A stretch of DNA of 64,000 bases from Acidobacteriota bacterium (GTDB lineage Bacteria > Acidobacteriota > Thermoanaerobaculia > Thermoanaerobaculales > Sulfomarinibacteraceae), in NCBI GenBank assembly GCA_013152895.1, contig JAADFN010000047.1, positions 1,340 to 65,339 of the forward strand. Reading direction: 5' to 3'. Positions 28,024-38,357 of the stretch are shown piece by piece. The notes beneath the pieces are model-generated. The model was given only the letters and a program-made list of their open reading frames with translations, ran no database searches and was not told the origin of the DNA. The first letter of the stretch is position 1, and each line of letters starts with the position of its first letter. The position numbers were made by a program, and so were the translations under genes.

Positions 28024-28808
28024 TTCGCCGTTTCCAGCGACATCATATCGTTGGCCACCTGATCATGCTGCTCACCTTTACGGGCCTGGTCATTACCGGT
28101 TTTCCACAGATGTTCCCGGCGGCTGGCTGGGCGCACGGGGTCGTCCTGCTCTTCGGGGGCGTTTCGAGGATGCGCTTCGTCCATCACCTGCTCGGGACGA
28201 TCATGGCGATCCAGCTCGTCTACCATTTCCTCGAGCTGCTGTGGTTCCAGTGGATTCGCAAGTACCCCTGGACCATGATTCCGACCCTCCAGGATGTCAA
28301 GGATTTCCGGCAGCAGATCTTCTACAACTTTGGGCTCGTTTCGCATGAGCCGCAGTACGATCGGTACTCGTGGCCCGAAAAGCTCGAGTATCTCTCGCTC
28401 GTGTGGGGCACCTTCTTGATGGTTGCGACCGGCCTGATCATGCTCTTCCCGATCCGGTTCGCCGAGTTCTTCCCCGGCCAGTTCATCCTGGCCGCCAAGG
28501 CGGCTCATGGAGGGGAGGCGACGCTGGCGGCCCTGGCCATCCTGACGTGGCACTCCTACTTCGTGCATTGGAAGCATTTCAACACGTCGATGTTTACGGG
28601 GGGGCTCTCGCGCGAGCAGTATATCGAGGAGCATCCGAAAGAATTCGCCCGCCTGTGGGGGGGCGATACCCCTGAGCCTGCCGAGATCAACACGAAAAAG
28701 TTCGCCGCTTTCGTCGCAATCGCGGTGGTCGTCGTGCTGGCATGTGTTGCCTTCGTGGTCTGGCTTCGCGCGGTGCCGACGGTTCTCCCGACGATTCGTC
28801 CTTCGTGA
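28020..28808 (+). CDS. b-type cytochrome membrane subunit (FdnI/HydC-like)
   Basis: The ATG overlaps the upstream TGA (ATGA). About 5 TM helices with conserved His (HHIVGHLIMLL, FVHHLLGTIMAIQLVYHF, AAHGGEATLAALAILTWHSYFVHWKH). Colinear with the C-terminal domain of the fusion protein at 12975..16154. Confidence 0.8.
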   Translation: MIRRFQRHHIVGHLIMLLTFTGLVITGFPQMFPAAGWAHGVVLLFGGVSRMRFVHHLLGTIMAIQLVYHFLELLWFQWIRKYPWTMIPTLQDVKDFRQQIFYNFGLVSHEPQYDRYSWPEKLEYLSLVWGTFLMVATGLIMLFPIRFAEFFPGQFILAAKAAHGGEATLAALAILTWHSYFVHWKHFNTSMFTGGLSREQYIEEHPKEFARLWGGDTPEPAEINTKKFAAFVAIAVVVVLACVAFVVWLRAVPTVLPTIRPS

Positions 28809-28856
28809 CCGCGGCGCCTTGGACAGGTCCGGGCCGGAGGGCCTACAATCGGAAAC

Positions 28857-29978
28857 ATGGTACGCCGACTCGGTGAGATTCTGCTTGATCGGGGCTTGAT
28901 CACTGTCGAGGAGCTTCACGTCGCCCTCGAAGCGTGTCACCGTACCGGGGGACGTCTGGGCACGCAGCTGTTACGCCGGGGTTTCATCGACGAGCCCGGA
29001 TTATTAGAAGCGTTGTCGGACCAGTTTCATCTTCCCTCTGTACCGGCCTCGACCCTTCGTGAAGCCGGGAAACAGATCCGTTCGGTCATTCCCCTGGATC
29101 TGCAACGGAGGTTCCTGGCGGTCAGCTTCGAGCGCCGCGCCTCGGGTCTTTCCGTCGCCATGGTCAATCCTCGCGATCTCGAAGCACGGGAAGAAATAGA
29201 GGAGGTCACCGGCCTCCCCGTGCGCCTGTACGTGGCGACGGAGGTTGCGATCCTCGAGACGTTGGAGATCGAGGCCGGGGAGGTCGATAACTTCTCGTCT
29301 CAAACGGCGCCGGATCAGGCGCAGATCCCGGCTCCCCATGAGTGGGATACGCTCTGGCTGCGGCCACGGTTCGAGCCGGCCCGTTTGATGAGCATCGCGG
29401 GAAAGCGGCAACGCTACCACCGGAATGCCGCCGGCCTCGCAGCATTCCCGGAGCTGACGCCTCTTCTGGCGGTGCACGCAATGGGGGACGATCACGCGCT
29501 CGATTCGTCGAGCTACCGGGCCGGCCTGTTGAGAGCGCGCCACCGGGACGAGGTTGGACGCCTCCTGGTGGAACATGCCCGGCGGTACCTCGACCGGGTC
29601 CTGTTGCTGTCGTTGCACCGGGGCGCGGCTCGCGGGTGGATGGCCAACGGGGAGGCTCTCGTCCCGGAGGATGTCCAGACGTTGGAAATCCCCTTGCATC
29701 GTCCCGGAATCCTGGCGGACCTCGCCGAGGCGCCGGGCGTGCACGTCGGACCGATTCCGGACGTCGGGAGCAACGCGACGCTTCTTGAAGCTCTTGGAGA
29801 GCCCGCGCCCGTGGAGGCCATGGTTCTTCCCGTCCGGGTCAAGGACCGCGTCATCGCGTTCGTCATGGGAGATGTTCCAGGCGAAAAGGTCCGGCGCGAG
29901 ATCGTCGGGGAGCTGACAGATGCGGCCGAGCGGGCCGGCGTCGCGCTGGAGATCCTGATCCTCAGACGAAAGATTTGA
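28857..29978 (+). CDS. MshEN (T2SSE_N)-domain protein with an uncharacterised, GAF-like C-terminal region
   Basis: The N-terminus RLGEILLDRGLITVEELHVALEAC-HRTGG-RLGTQLLRRGFIDEPGLLEALSDQ gives two copies of the 24-residue MshEN motif with a 5-residue spacer. The remaining approximately 310 aa carry no ATPase motifs. Confidence 0.7.
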   Translation: MVRRLGEILLDRGLITVEELHVALEACHRTGGRLGTQLLRRGFIDEPGLLEALSDQFHLPSVPASTLREAGKQIRSVIPLDLQRRFLAVSFERRASGLSVAMVNPRDLEAREEIEEVTGLPVRLYVATEVAILETLEIEAGEVDNFSSQTAPDQAQIPAPHEWDTLWLRPRFEPARLMSIAGKRQRYHRNAAGLAAFPELTPLLAVHAMGDDHALDSSSYRAGLLRARHRDEVGRLLVEHARRYLDRVLLLSLHRGAARGWMANGEALVPEDVQTLEIPLHRPGILADLAEAPGVHVGPIPDVGSNATLLEALGEPAPVEAMVLPVRVKDRVIAFVMGDVPGEKVRREIVGELTDAAERAGVALEILILRRKI

Positions 29979-30067
29979 CATGGGCTCAGCTCGCCTTTCG
30001 GACGAGATTGTGCGTATAATCACAAGGGCATCGTTCGCGATGATGATGTTGCCGAGGGGAGGTGCTG

Positions 30068-30939
30068 ATGAGGTCACATGATCGTTACACCGAGGTGTTT
30101 CTGGAAATGCTCCAGCGGGCGTCGACACAACTGCCGGACGATGTTGTTGCCGCACTCCGGAGGGGGCGGGACCTGGAGGAGGATGGAAGTCTCGCGCAAA
30201 AGGCACTGGATACCATCCTGATGAACGTTGATCTTGCCCGGGAACAAACCGCGCCGATCTGCCAGGATACGGGCACGCCGGTCGTATGGGTCCATCATCC
30301 GGTCGGCGTGAGCACCAGGCTCATCGAGAACAGCATGATCGAGGCCGTTCAACGGGCGACGGCGCGCCAGTACCTCAGGCCCAACGCCGTGCATACCTTG
30401 ACGGGGAAGAACACCGGTACCGGCTCGGGCGCCGGGATTCCATCCCTGCATTTCCAGGAATGGGATCATCCAGAGGTCGAGGTCCGGCTGATCCTCAAGG
30501 GCGGCGGTTCCGAGAACGTCGGGAGCCAGCACAAGCTTCCGGACAACCGGCTTGGGGCCGGGCGCGACCTGGAGGGTGTCCGCCGGGTGGTTCTCGACGC
30601 CCTTGTTCAGGCTCAGGGGAAGGGCTGTGCGCCGGGGACCCTCGGGATCTGCATCGGCGGCGACAGGGTTTCCGGCTACGAGGAATCCAAGCGGCAGCTT
30701 CTCAGGCGTCTTGAAGATACAAACCCTATTCCCGAGCTTGCCCGTCTTGAAGAGCGGATCTTCCGGGAAGGAAACGAGCTGGGCATCGGGCCGATGGGCT
30801 TCGGGGGGAAGACGACCCTCCTGGGGGTCAAGATCGGCACGCTGGACCGCCTGCCAGCCTGTTACTTCGTCACGATCAGCTACATGTGCTGGGCCGGCCG
30901 GCGTGCGGGCGTCAGTATTTCGGAAGGGGGTGATGTGAC

Positions 30940-30952
<13 letters not shown>
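30068..30952 (+). CDS. class I (Fe-S) fumarate hydratase / tartrate dehydratase family, alpha subunit
   Basis: ICQDTGTPVVWV and the typical hydro-lyase alpha motifs. The SD GGGGAGG lies 6 nt before ATG 30068. Confidence 0.85.
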
Positions 30953-32503
<1,551 letters not shown>

Positions 32504-32656
32504 GTGTGCGTCACGACGTCGGGTGGACGGGTCAGTCCGCTGATGTGTGGCTGGCTCGTCCACCATTTCCATGACCTCTCGTTGATATCGGGCTAGGCAC
32601 TTGACAAGCGGTCATCGTACGACCTATTGTAAAGGAGAGATAAGGGGGTCCGAGCG

Positions 32657-33100
32657 ATGAAAAAGGTTGTGTTTGGCATGGTCGCCCTGTTGGTTTCGGG
32701 GGTGATTGTAGCTGCAGGGAGCTCACAGGTCGTGAATGTGACTCGTGGACAGTTTGCGCAGCTCCTGCTCAACGCTTTGGCAACCAAGGAAGCTCCCCAG
32801 CTTTCCCCGGCCAAGGCGATGAGCAAGGTCCAGGAGCTTGGGCTCATGCCCGAAAGCTGGAAAGCCGCGACGTTGATGAACCACGCCGACCTCGCGCTGG
32901 TGTTTCACACGATGGGGATCAGCTACGTTCCCAACGACCCCGAAGCGCCGCTTTCTAGGCTCTTTGCCGAAGCGCTCCTGAGGCGGTACCGCCGACAGAT
33001 CGTGCATCAGCGCGGATGGGTGCTCGGACACGGTTTTTCGCCGGACAATTACCTCGACGGAGACCATGGCGAGGGAGTGCTGAGCCCGTCGAAGTTCTAG
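32657..33100 (+). CDS. hypothetical secreted protein (SLH-like motif, tentative)
   Basis: A signal peptide (MKKVVFGMVALLVSGVIVAAG) and VTRGQFAQLLLNAL, which resembles S-layer-homology repeats. Confidence 0.5.
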   Translation: MKKVVFGMVALLVSGVIVAAGSSQVVNVTRGQFAQLLLNALATKEAPQLSPAKAMSKVQELGLMPESWKAATLMNHADLALVFHTMGISYVPNDPEAPLSRLFAEALLRRYRRQIVHQRGWVLGHGFSPDNYLDGDHGEGVLSPSKF

Positions 33101-33127
33101 CCTGAAAAGACGTCGTACGTTGTTTGA

Positions 33128-33156
33128 TGGACCACGCCTGGCGTGGTCCATTGTTA
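33128..33156 (+). terminator. rho-independent terminator
   Basis: TGGACCACGC-CTG-GCGTGGTCCA, a perfect 10-bp stem followed by TTGTTAT, 28 nt after the stop at 33100. Confidence 0.6.
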
Positions 33157-33223
33157 TGATCTCTCGCCTACATGTTGCCAGCTATCTGCCGCGAGAGGGA
33201 TGAACCGCACGGGCCGGGTGGCC

Positions 33224-33252
33224 TTGACATCCCGGGCAGAGTATCCTATTTT
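33224..33252 (+). promoter_or_regulatory. putative sigma-70 promoter of the porin-cytochrome cluster
   Basis: TTGACA (33224-33229), 17 nt, TATTTT (33247-33252). This leaves a 5' leader of about 155 nt before ATG 33414. Confidence 0.4.
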
Positions 33253-33413
33253 GAAGTTATGAGCGACCATTCAAAGGTGACGAGAAAATCATGTGGAGTT
33301 CCCGGTTGCACGCTTGTGAAGAGAAGCTCAAGGCATTTTATAAAGGCGTTGTCTCAAGATTTTGTGGCGGACCACTCCACGTGGTTCGCCCGTTGGCGGA
33401 AGGGGCTGGGGCG

Positions 33414-35267
33414 ATGGGCCGGTTGAGATACGTGGGCGCTGCTCTTGTGGCGGTCGTGCTCGCCGTGTCGCCGCTCGCTGCGCAGACGTGGCACGGCGAG
33501 ATCGGGCTCGGTTACGCGTGGCAGAACGCGGCGGGGAGCGAAAACAGCTTCCGGAGTCAACAGGCGCTGGACCAGGGTTTCGTGCTCGAGAACCTGGATC
33601 TCGCGATGAAGACCGGGCAGCGGCGGCGCTTCCATCTCCAGGCGTGGGGGTTCGGTCAGGCCGAGCCGACCGAGCACGGCCGCCTGAGCTTCGCGCCGGG
33701 AGAGAATTGGTCGATGGCTGTGAGCTACGACCGGCGGGACACTTTCTTTGGACTCTCCGGGTCTGACCTGGGAGCCAGGACCGACCGCTGGAACATCACT
33801 CGCTGGGGTGGCAGGGTCACGTGGACCGGCTGGAGCGCGGCGAAGCTGACGCTAAACGTCCGTCACGTCGAGCGCAACGGCACGGTCTTCCGGCCTTTCT
33901 ACGGCCTCAACAACCTCTACCCGCTGCGCGTTGGGCTCGACGAGACGATGGATCAGGGGAGTCTGCGGCTCGTGACCAGGAGCCTCCCCGTGGTGCTCGA
34001 TGTCGAGGCGATCTACTCGACCTACGACCGGCGGAATCGCTGGTCACCGGCGGGGAGCTTCTCTCTCGACCCCACCGACCTCGACCGCCTCACTGATGTG
34101 GGAACCACGATGCATGAGAGCCAGGACGTGCCCTCCGGCCGGGCTACGGCGAGCTATGCACGGGGCCGTGTCGAGACGGTTTTCTCCGTCCTGTGGAGCT
34201 CGGCGGACCTCGATGCGACCGGGGCGGGGTGGAAAGACTTCGCCGTGGACGAGGGACGGGTCGGTACGATCCAGTTCCTGGATGACCTGGTGGGATCCGC
34301 GTCAACGGACACGCTGGCCGGCGCCTACCGCCTCGCGCTTCGGCTCGGCGGGCCCTGGAGACTCCGTTTCTCGGCGGATTATCGCGACGCCAGCTCCGAC
34401 TCAAGCCTGCTCGGGGAGCGGCTGCTCAAGGCCCTCAACCCGACCGGCGCCGCGCTGGAGCTGAGCACGCCGATCGACGACACCGGGCGGTTCGACACGA
34501 CCGACACGAGCGGCCGCCTCGAGGTCGAGTACCGCACAGACCGGTGGTCCGTCTGGGCTGGCGGATTGGCGGCGAGCCGCGATGTCACCTGGCGTCTCAC
34601 GAAAGATGGAAACCGGGTGGATGTCAGCCGGGACTCCGGCGGGGCCGTGGCCGGGGCCTCGATCAACCTCGGGCGGTGGTTGAGGGGAAGCGTCGAGTAC
34701 GAGCATGGGTCGTTCCAGGAGTACGTCTTCCGGACGGACCCGAACACGGTCAACCGGGTGACCGTCAGGATCAGCTCCCACCTCAACAAGACATGGGTTC
34801 TCAACGTCCACGGGCGGTACGAGGGTTCGGACAACCCCCGCAGCATTTCTGATCTTTCGACCAACTCGACGGCCATCGGCGCAGCCCTGATGTGGTCGCC
34901 GGCCGGGGGAAACGGGGCGTTCGGCGTGGATGCATCGATCCTCGATCTCTCAACTGACACCGGCCTCATCCTCCCGACCGGGGATCATGGGACCTCGCTT
35001 TACGACACGTCGGTCCGGCGGCTGTCCACGTTCGCGAGGATCGGTGACAAATCACGGCGGCTGACCTGCCGGTTGGCGTGGCTGACGGACCAGGGGGAAA
35101 CGTGGCCGGTGGACGCGTGGAACGCGGCCGTGCGTTTCGATTTCACGGTGTTCGGCCGGCTCATGGCTGGCGTTTTCGGGCAGTACTGGTCGTACGATGA
35201 GAAACGGGCCCGGGTGGACGACTTTAGCGTCACCCGGTACGGCCTCGCTCTGCACTGGAGCTTCTGA
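33414..35267 (+). CDS. outer-membrane beta-barrel protein, MtrB/PioB/OmbB-like cytochrome-associated porin candidate
   Basis: A signal peptide (AALVAVVLAVSPLAAQT), a 617-aa alternating-strand composition rich in G/S/D/R/Y/W, and a C-terminal ...YGLALHWSF. The stop overlaps the start of a decaheme cytochrome gene. Confidence 0.65.
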   Translation: MGRLRYVGAALVAVVLAVSPLAAQTWHGEIGLGYAWQNAAGSENSFRSQQALDQGFVLENLDLAMKTGQRRRFHLQAWGFGQAEPTEHGRLSFAPGENWSMAVSYDRRDTFFGLSGSDLGARTDRWNITRWGGRVTWTGWSAAKLTLNVRHVERNGTVFRPFYGLNNLYPLRVGLDETMDQGSLRLVTRSLPVVLDVEAIYSTYDRRNRWSPAGSFSLDPTDLDRLTDVGTTMHESQDVPSGRATASYARGRVETVFSVLWSSADLDATGAGWKDFAVDEGRVGTIQFLDDLVGSASTDTLAGAYRLALRLGGPWRLRFSADYRDASSDSSLLGERLLKALNPTGAALELSTPIDDTGRFDTTDTSGRLEVEYRTDRWSVWAGGLAASRDVTWRLTKDGNRVDVSRDSGGAVAGASINLGRWLRGSVEYEHGSFQEYVFRTDPNTVNRVTVRISSHLNKTWVLNVHGRYEGSDNPRSISDLSTNSTAIGAALMWSPAGGNGAFGVDASILDLSTDTGLILPTGDHGTSLYDTSVRRLSTFARIGDKSRRLTCRLAWLTDQGETWPVDAWNAAVRFDFTVFGRLMAGVFGQYWSYDEKRARVDDFSVTRYGLALHWSF

Positions 35268-36118
35268 TGATGCGGCGGACGATAACGATGCTGGTTGGAA
35301 TCTTGGTTGGCCTGACGGCCCTGATCGTGGTCCCCCCGCTTCGGGCTGGCGAGCCGGTCACGAGCGAAACCTGCGCAACCTGCCACGTCGACGTGGCAGC
35401 AACATTCCTCGCCGGGCCCCACGGCCGGGCGATGGCGAGGGTCTCTCACAAGATCGTGGAGCGTGCGTGCGTCGCCTGTCACGGCCCCGGTGCAGCCCAT
35501 ATCAACGATCCGTCCACCACGAACATCGTACGGCGGCCCACGAGCACGGTCTGCGTGCAGTGCCACGCGGATCGCCAGGCCGGCCTCGAGCTTGCCACCC
35601 CGGCCCACGTTCGCAACGGGGTGGCGTGTCTGGACTGTCACCAGCCGGGCCATACCCCGTCCAACGTGGCCCACATGCTCAGGGCCGAGCCGGTCAAGCT
35701 CTGCGGAAGCTGCCACACGACCGAGGCGGCGTCGTTCAACCTCCCGTACGCTCATCGTGAGGGGGCCAACCGACCCTTCGCGTGCACCGAGTGCCATGAT
35801 CCTCACGGGCAGAGCGAGCGCGGCCGCCTGAAGATGCTCTCCAACGGTGGCGTCTGCATCAGGTGCCACACGGGGAAAGCCGGGCCGTTCGTGTATCCCC
35901 ACCCACCGCGAGAGGTGGACGGGTGCGTGGCCTGCCACGAGCCGCACGGTTCGATGAACCCGTGGCAGCTCACGAGGCGCAACGTCAGCGACCTCTGCCT
36001 GGAGTGTCACGCCGATGTGGCCGCGTTTCATGACCTGACCAAGGCGCGCTACCGTGCGTGCCAGACATGTCACCAGGGGATCCACGGCTCGAACCGTGAT
36101 CCAAGACTTTTCGAGTAA
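35267..36118 (+). CDS. periplasmic decaheme c-type cytochrome (MtrA/DmsE-like)
   Basis: 283 aa with 10 CXXCH motifs (CATCH, CVACH, CVQCH, CLDCH, CGSCH, CTECH, CIRCH, CVACH, CLECH, CQTCH), about one heme per 28 aa. Has a signal/TM segment. The ATG overlaps the porin TGA. Confidence 0.85.
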   Translation: MMRRTITMLVGILVGLTALIVVPPLRAGEPVTSETCATCHVDVAATFLAGPHGRAMARVSHKIVERACVACHGPGAAHINDPSTTNIVRRPTSTVCVQCHADRQAGLELATPAHVRNGVACLDCHQPGHTPSNVAHMLRAEPVKLCGSCHTTEAASFNLPYAHREGANRPFACTECHDPHGQSERGRLKMLSNGGVCIRCHTGKAGPFVYPHPPREVDGCVACHEPHGSMNPWQLTRRNVSDLCLECHADVAAFHDLTKARYRACQTCHQGIHGSNRDPRLFE

Positions 36119-36145
36119 CCCCCCTACGGGAAAAAGGAGGAAAAG

Positions 36146-37957
36146 ATGAGGCGTGTCACGATTCTTTCAACCGTTATGGTCCTCGGTATCGCCGCGGCCG
36201 CCTCGGCTGGCGGGCCCCAGCTGCGCAGCAGCCACAAGGTTCGGGCGGTGAAGCTGGTCCGTCCGGTGACCGCCGCCGCCGTCGCCCAGGGGGTGCAGAG
36301 GCTCGAATCCGTATACACGACCCAGCAGCTGGAAAAGGGCGTCTACGTCGGCGCGGAGTTCTGCCTCGCCTGCCACAATAAACCGGGTTTGCGCAACACG
36401 AAGCACTTCGAGGCGCTCCGCCGGCCGATGGTTCAGTACTCGCTGATACCGGGGAGGGGAGTGGTCGCGGACTACGACCAGAACGGTGTTGACGACTTCG
36501 AGCAGGGACTGGACTTCAATACGATCTCCTCGGTCTTCGATCCGTACAAACCCAACGCGCCGATCCTGTCCGTGGAAAACGGAACCTATTACATCACGAT
36601 CGGGCAGGACAAGATGCCGGTGGTGGCAACCCAGGGTGGAACGGGTGACTGGAAGCAGCGCTTCCTGGTTCGCGTCCCGGTGTCTGATACGGCCGACGGG
36701 TACTCCGTCGATAACTATGTGTCGCCGATCCAGTTCAACGAGAAGACCCACCAGTACGTGCTGTACCACGCCGAGGCATGGTACGACAGCAATCACCAGC
36801 CGAAGTTCAACCCCTCGACGACCGCGTCCGAGCTCGCGGCCGGGAACTCGCGCCAGTACTCTGAAAAGTGCATCGGCTGTCATACGACGGGAATCAAGAA
36901 TCTGCAGAAAACGGCCAGCGGCGAGTGGAAGTACACCCCCTACATCGCGGTGCTGTACAACCAGGACGACCCGAGCTACTTCGACTACGATCACGACGGC
37001 AACGTCGACATCCTCAACATCCAGTGCGAGGCCTGCCACGGCCCGGGCTCCGCCCACATCCTTGGCGGTGGCGATCCCTCCAAGATCGTCAACCCGGCGA
37101 AGCTCGACCGCCAAGGTCAGGACGAGATCTGCGAGCAGTGCCACGTACGGGTGAAGTCGGTGCCCAACGGGACCCACGACTGGCCGTACAACGACGCCAC
37201 GAACACCCAGTGGTATCCCGGCATCGGCCAGCCGCTTTCCGACTTCTGGACCGATGCGGCCGGCCGCTGGCCCGATGGAAAGACCTCGAAGCAGCATCAC
37301 CAGCAGTTCCAGGACTTCTCGACGAGCGCGATGTTCGCGAGCACCGACGACGAGGTCACGTGCATCACGTGCCACGATGCTCATGGAAGCTCGAACGAGC
37401 ACATGATCGTCGAAGAGCGGGTGGACGATGGGGTCACCTTCAAAACCGCGGCGGACAACGACACGCTGTGTCTCTCCTGCCACGCCGACGACTTCGGCAT
37501 CGAACCGGAAATGGTTGCCGATTATGCCAACAACGTCGAGGCGATTGGCGAGGCGGTGAGCAAGCACACGCATCACCCCTATGCCCCGGACCGGAAGATG
37601 GGGCTTTCGCGGTGCACCAAGTGCCACATGCCGAAAGTGGCCAAGTCGGCCATCAACTTCGACATCCATTCCCATACCTTCGAGGCGATTCCACCTGAAA
37701 AGACCCTCGCCTACCAGGACCAGGGCGGGATGCCGAACTCGTGTGCAGTGAGCTGCCACTCGCTCAAGGTCAACCTCTGGGGCTTTGGGATCACCCCCAA
37801 CATCGGGGTGTGGAACAGCGTCTTCGAGGTGAATAACGCGAACGAGCTGATGGAGTACTACGGTCCAGGCGGCGCCTGGTGGGACACGGACGAATCGTCC
37901 GAGCAGAGCCAGACCGAGGCGCACGCGAAGATCATCGAGCAGCTCAACCAGAAGTAG
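36146..37957 (+). CDS. secreted multiheme c-type cytochrome (7 CXXCH plus 1 CX3CH)
   Basis: A signal peptide (STVMVLGIAAAASAGG). CLACH, CIGCH, CEACH, CEQCH, CITCH, CLSCH, CTKCH and CAVSCH. Long heme-free stretches between hemes 1 and 2 suggest an extra non-heme domain. Confidence 0.8.
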   Translation: MRRVTILSTVMVLGIAAAASAGGPQLRSSHKVRAVKLVRPVTAAAVAQGVQRLESVYTTQQLEKGVYVGAEFCLACHNKPGLRNTKHFEALRRPMVQYSLIPGRGVVADYDQNGVDDFEQGLDFNTISSVFDPYKPNAPILSVENGTYYITIGQDKMPVVATQGGTGDWKQRFLVRVPVSDTADGYSVDNYVSPIQFNEKTHQYVLYHAEAWYDSNHQPKFNPSTTASELAAGNSRQYSEKCIGCHTTGIKNLQKTASGEWKYTPYIAVLYNQDDPSYFDYDHDGNVDILNIQCEACHGPGSAHILGGGDPSKIVNPAKLDRQGQDEICEQCHVRVKSVPNGTHDWPYNDATNTQWYPGIGQPLSDFWTDAAGRWPDGKTSKQHHQQFQDFSTSAMFASTDDEVTCITCHDAHGSSNEHMIVEERVDDGVTFKTAADNDTLCLSCHADDFGIEPEMVADYANNVEAIGEAVSKHTHHPYAPDRKMGLSRCTKCHMPKVAKSAINFDIHSHTFEAIPPEKTLAYQDQGGMPNSCAVSCHSLKVNLWGFGITPNIGVWNSVFEVNNANELMEYYGPGGAWWDTDESSEQSQTEAHAKIIEQLNQK

Positions 37958-38246
37958 GGCGACGGCGGCGAGAAACCCCGGGGAGGCCTTTCCGGCCTCC
38001 CCTTTTTCTCGCCTTTGAAGTTGCCGGGACGTGTCGCCGGGCAGCCTTCAGGAGCTGGCCAGACGGCGGAGCTCTTCGAGCAGGTTGAAGATCCGTGATG
38101 CCCTTTTCCGCCGCGAGCTCCTCGAGCGTCCCCCAGTACGGCTCGCCACACCTGATGCAGACGATGCCGCGTTCCGAAAGTGCCCTGACGCTTTCGGGAA
38201 GCTCCCTGACCAGATCTTCAATGAGAGTTTTCTCGGTGATCTCCAT
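37944..38246 (-). CDS. DUF1858-like small protein, with a probable 1-nt frame error near 38093
   Basis: MEITEKTLIEDLVRELPESVRALSERGIVCIRCGEPYWGTLEELAAEKGIT matches the DUF1858 layout. The called frame then runs through the terminator hairpin as an Arg-rich tail, while the -1 frame gives IFNLLEELRRLASS and a stop at 38048-38050. Confidence 0.6.
   Translation of the reverse strand: MEITEKTLIEDLVRELPESVRALSERGIVCIRCGEPYWGTLEELAAEKGITDLQPARRAPPSGQLLKAARRHVPATSKARKRGGRKGLPGVSRRRRPTSG
37980..38007 (+). terminator. rho-independent terminator (possibly bidirectional)
   Basis: GGGGAGGCC-TTTCC-GGCCTCCCC followed by TTTTT, 23 nt after the TAG at 37957. Confidence 0.8.
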
Positions 38247-38357
38247 GGCAGCCCTCCACGTGGCGGCGCTCGCTGGCCACGAGCTTGGAACCACGTTAGA
38301 CTTTCAGCGCCCCGCTGTCTACCGCACTCCAGGCGGGGGACGGAAAGGAGGATGAAC

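Noticed and set aside
32504-32656. A possible terminator or long-loop hairpin (GGTGGACG...CGTCCACC) after mdh.
   Set aside because: A 27-nt loop and a weak T-tract make the fold unconvincing by eye.
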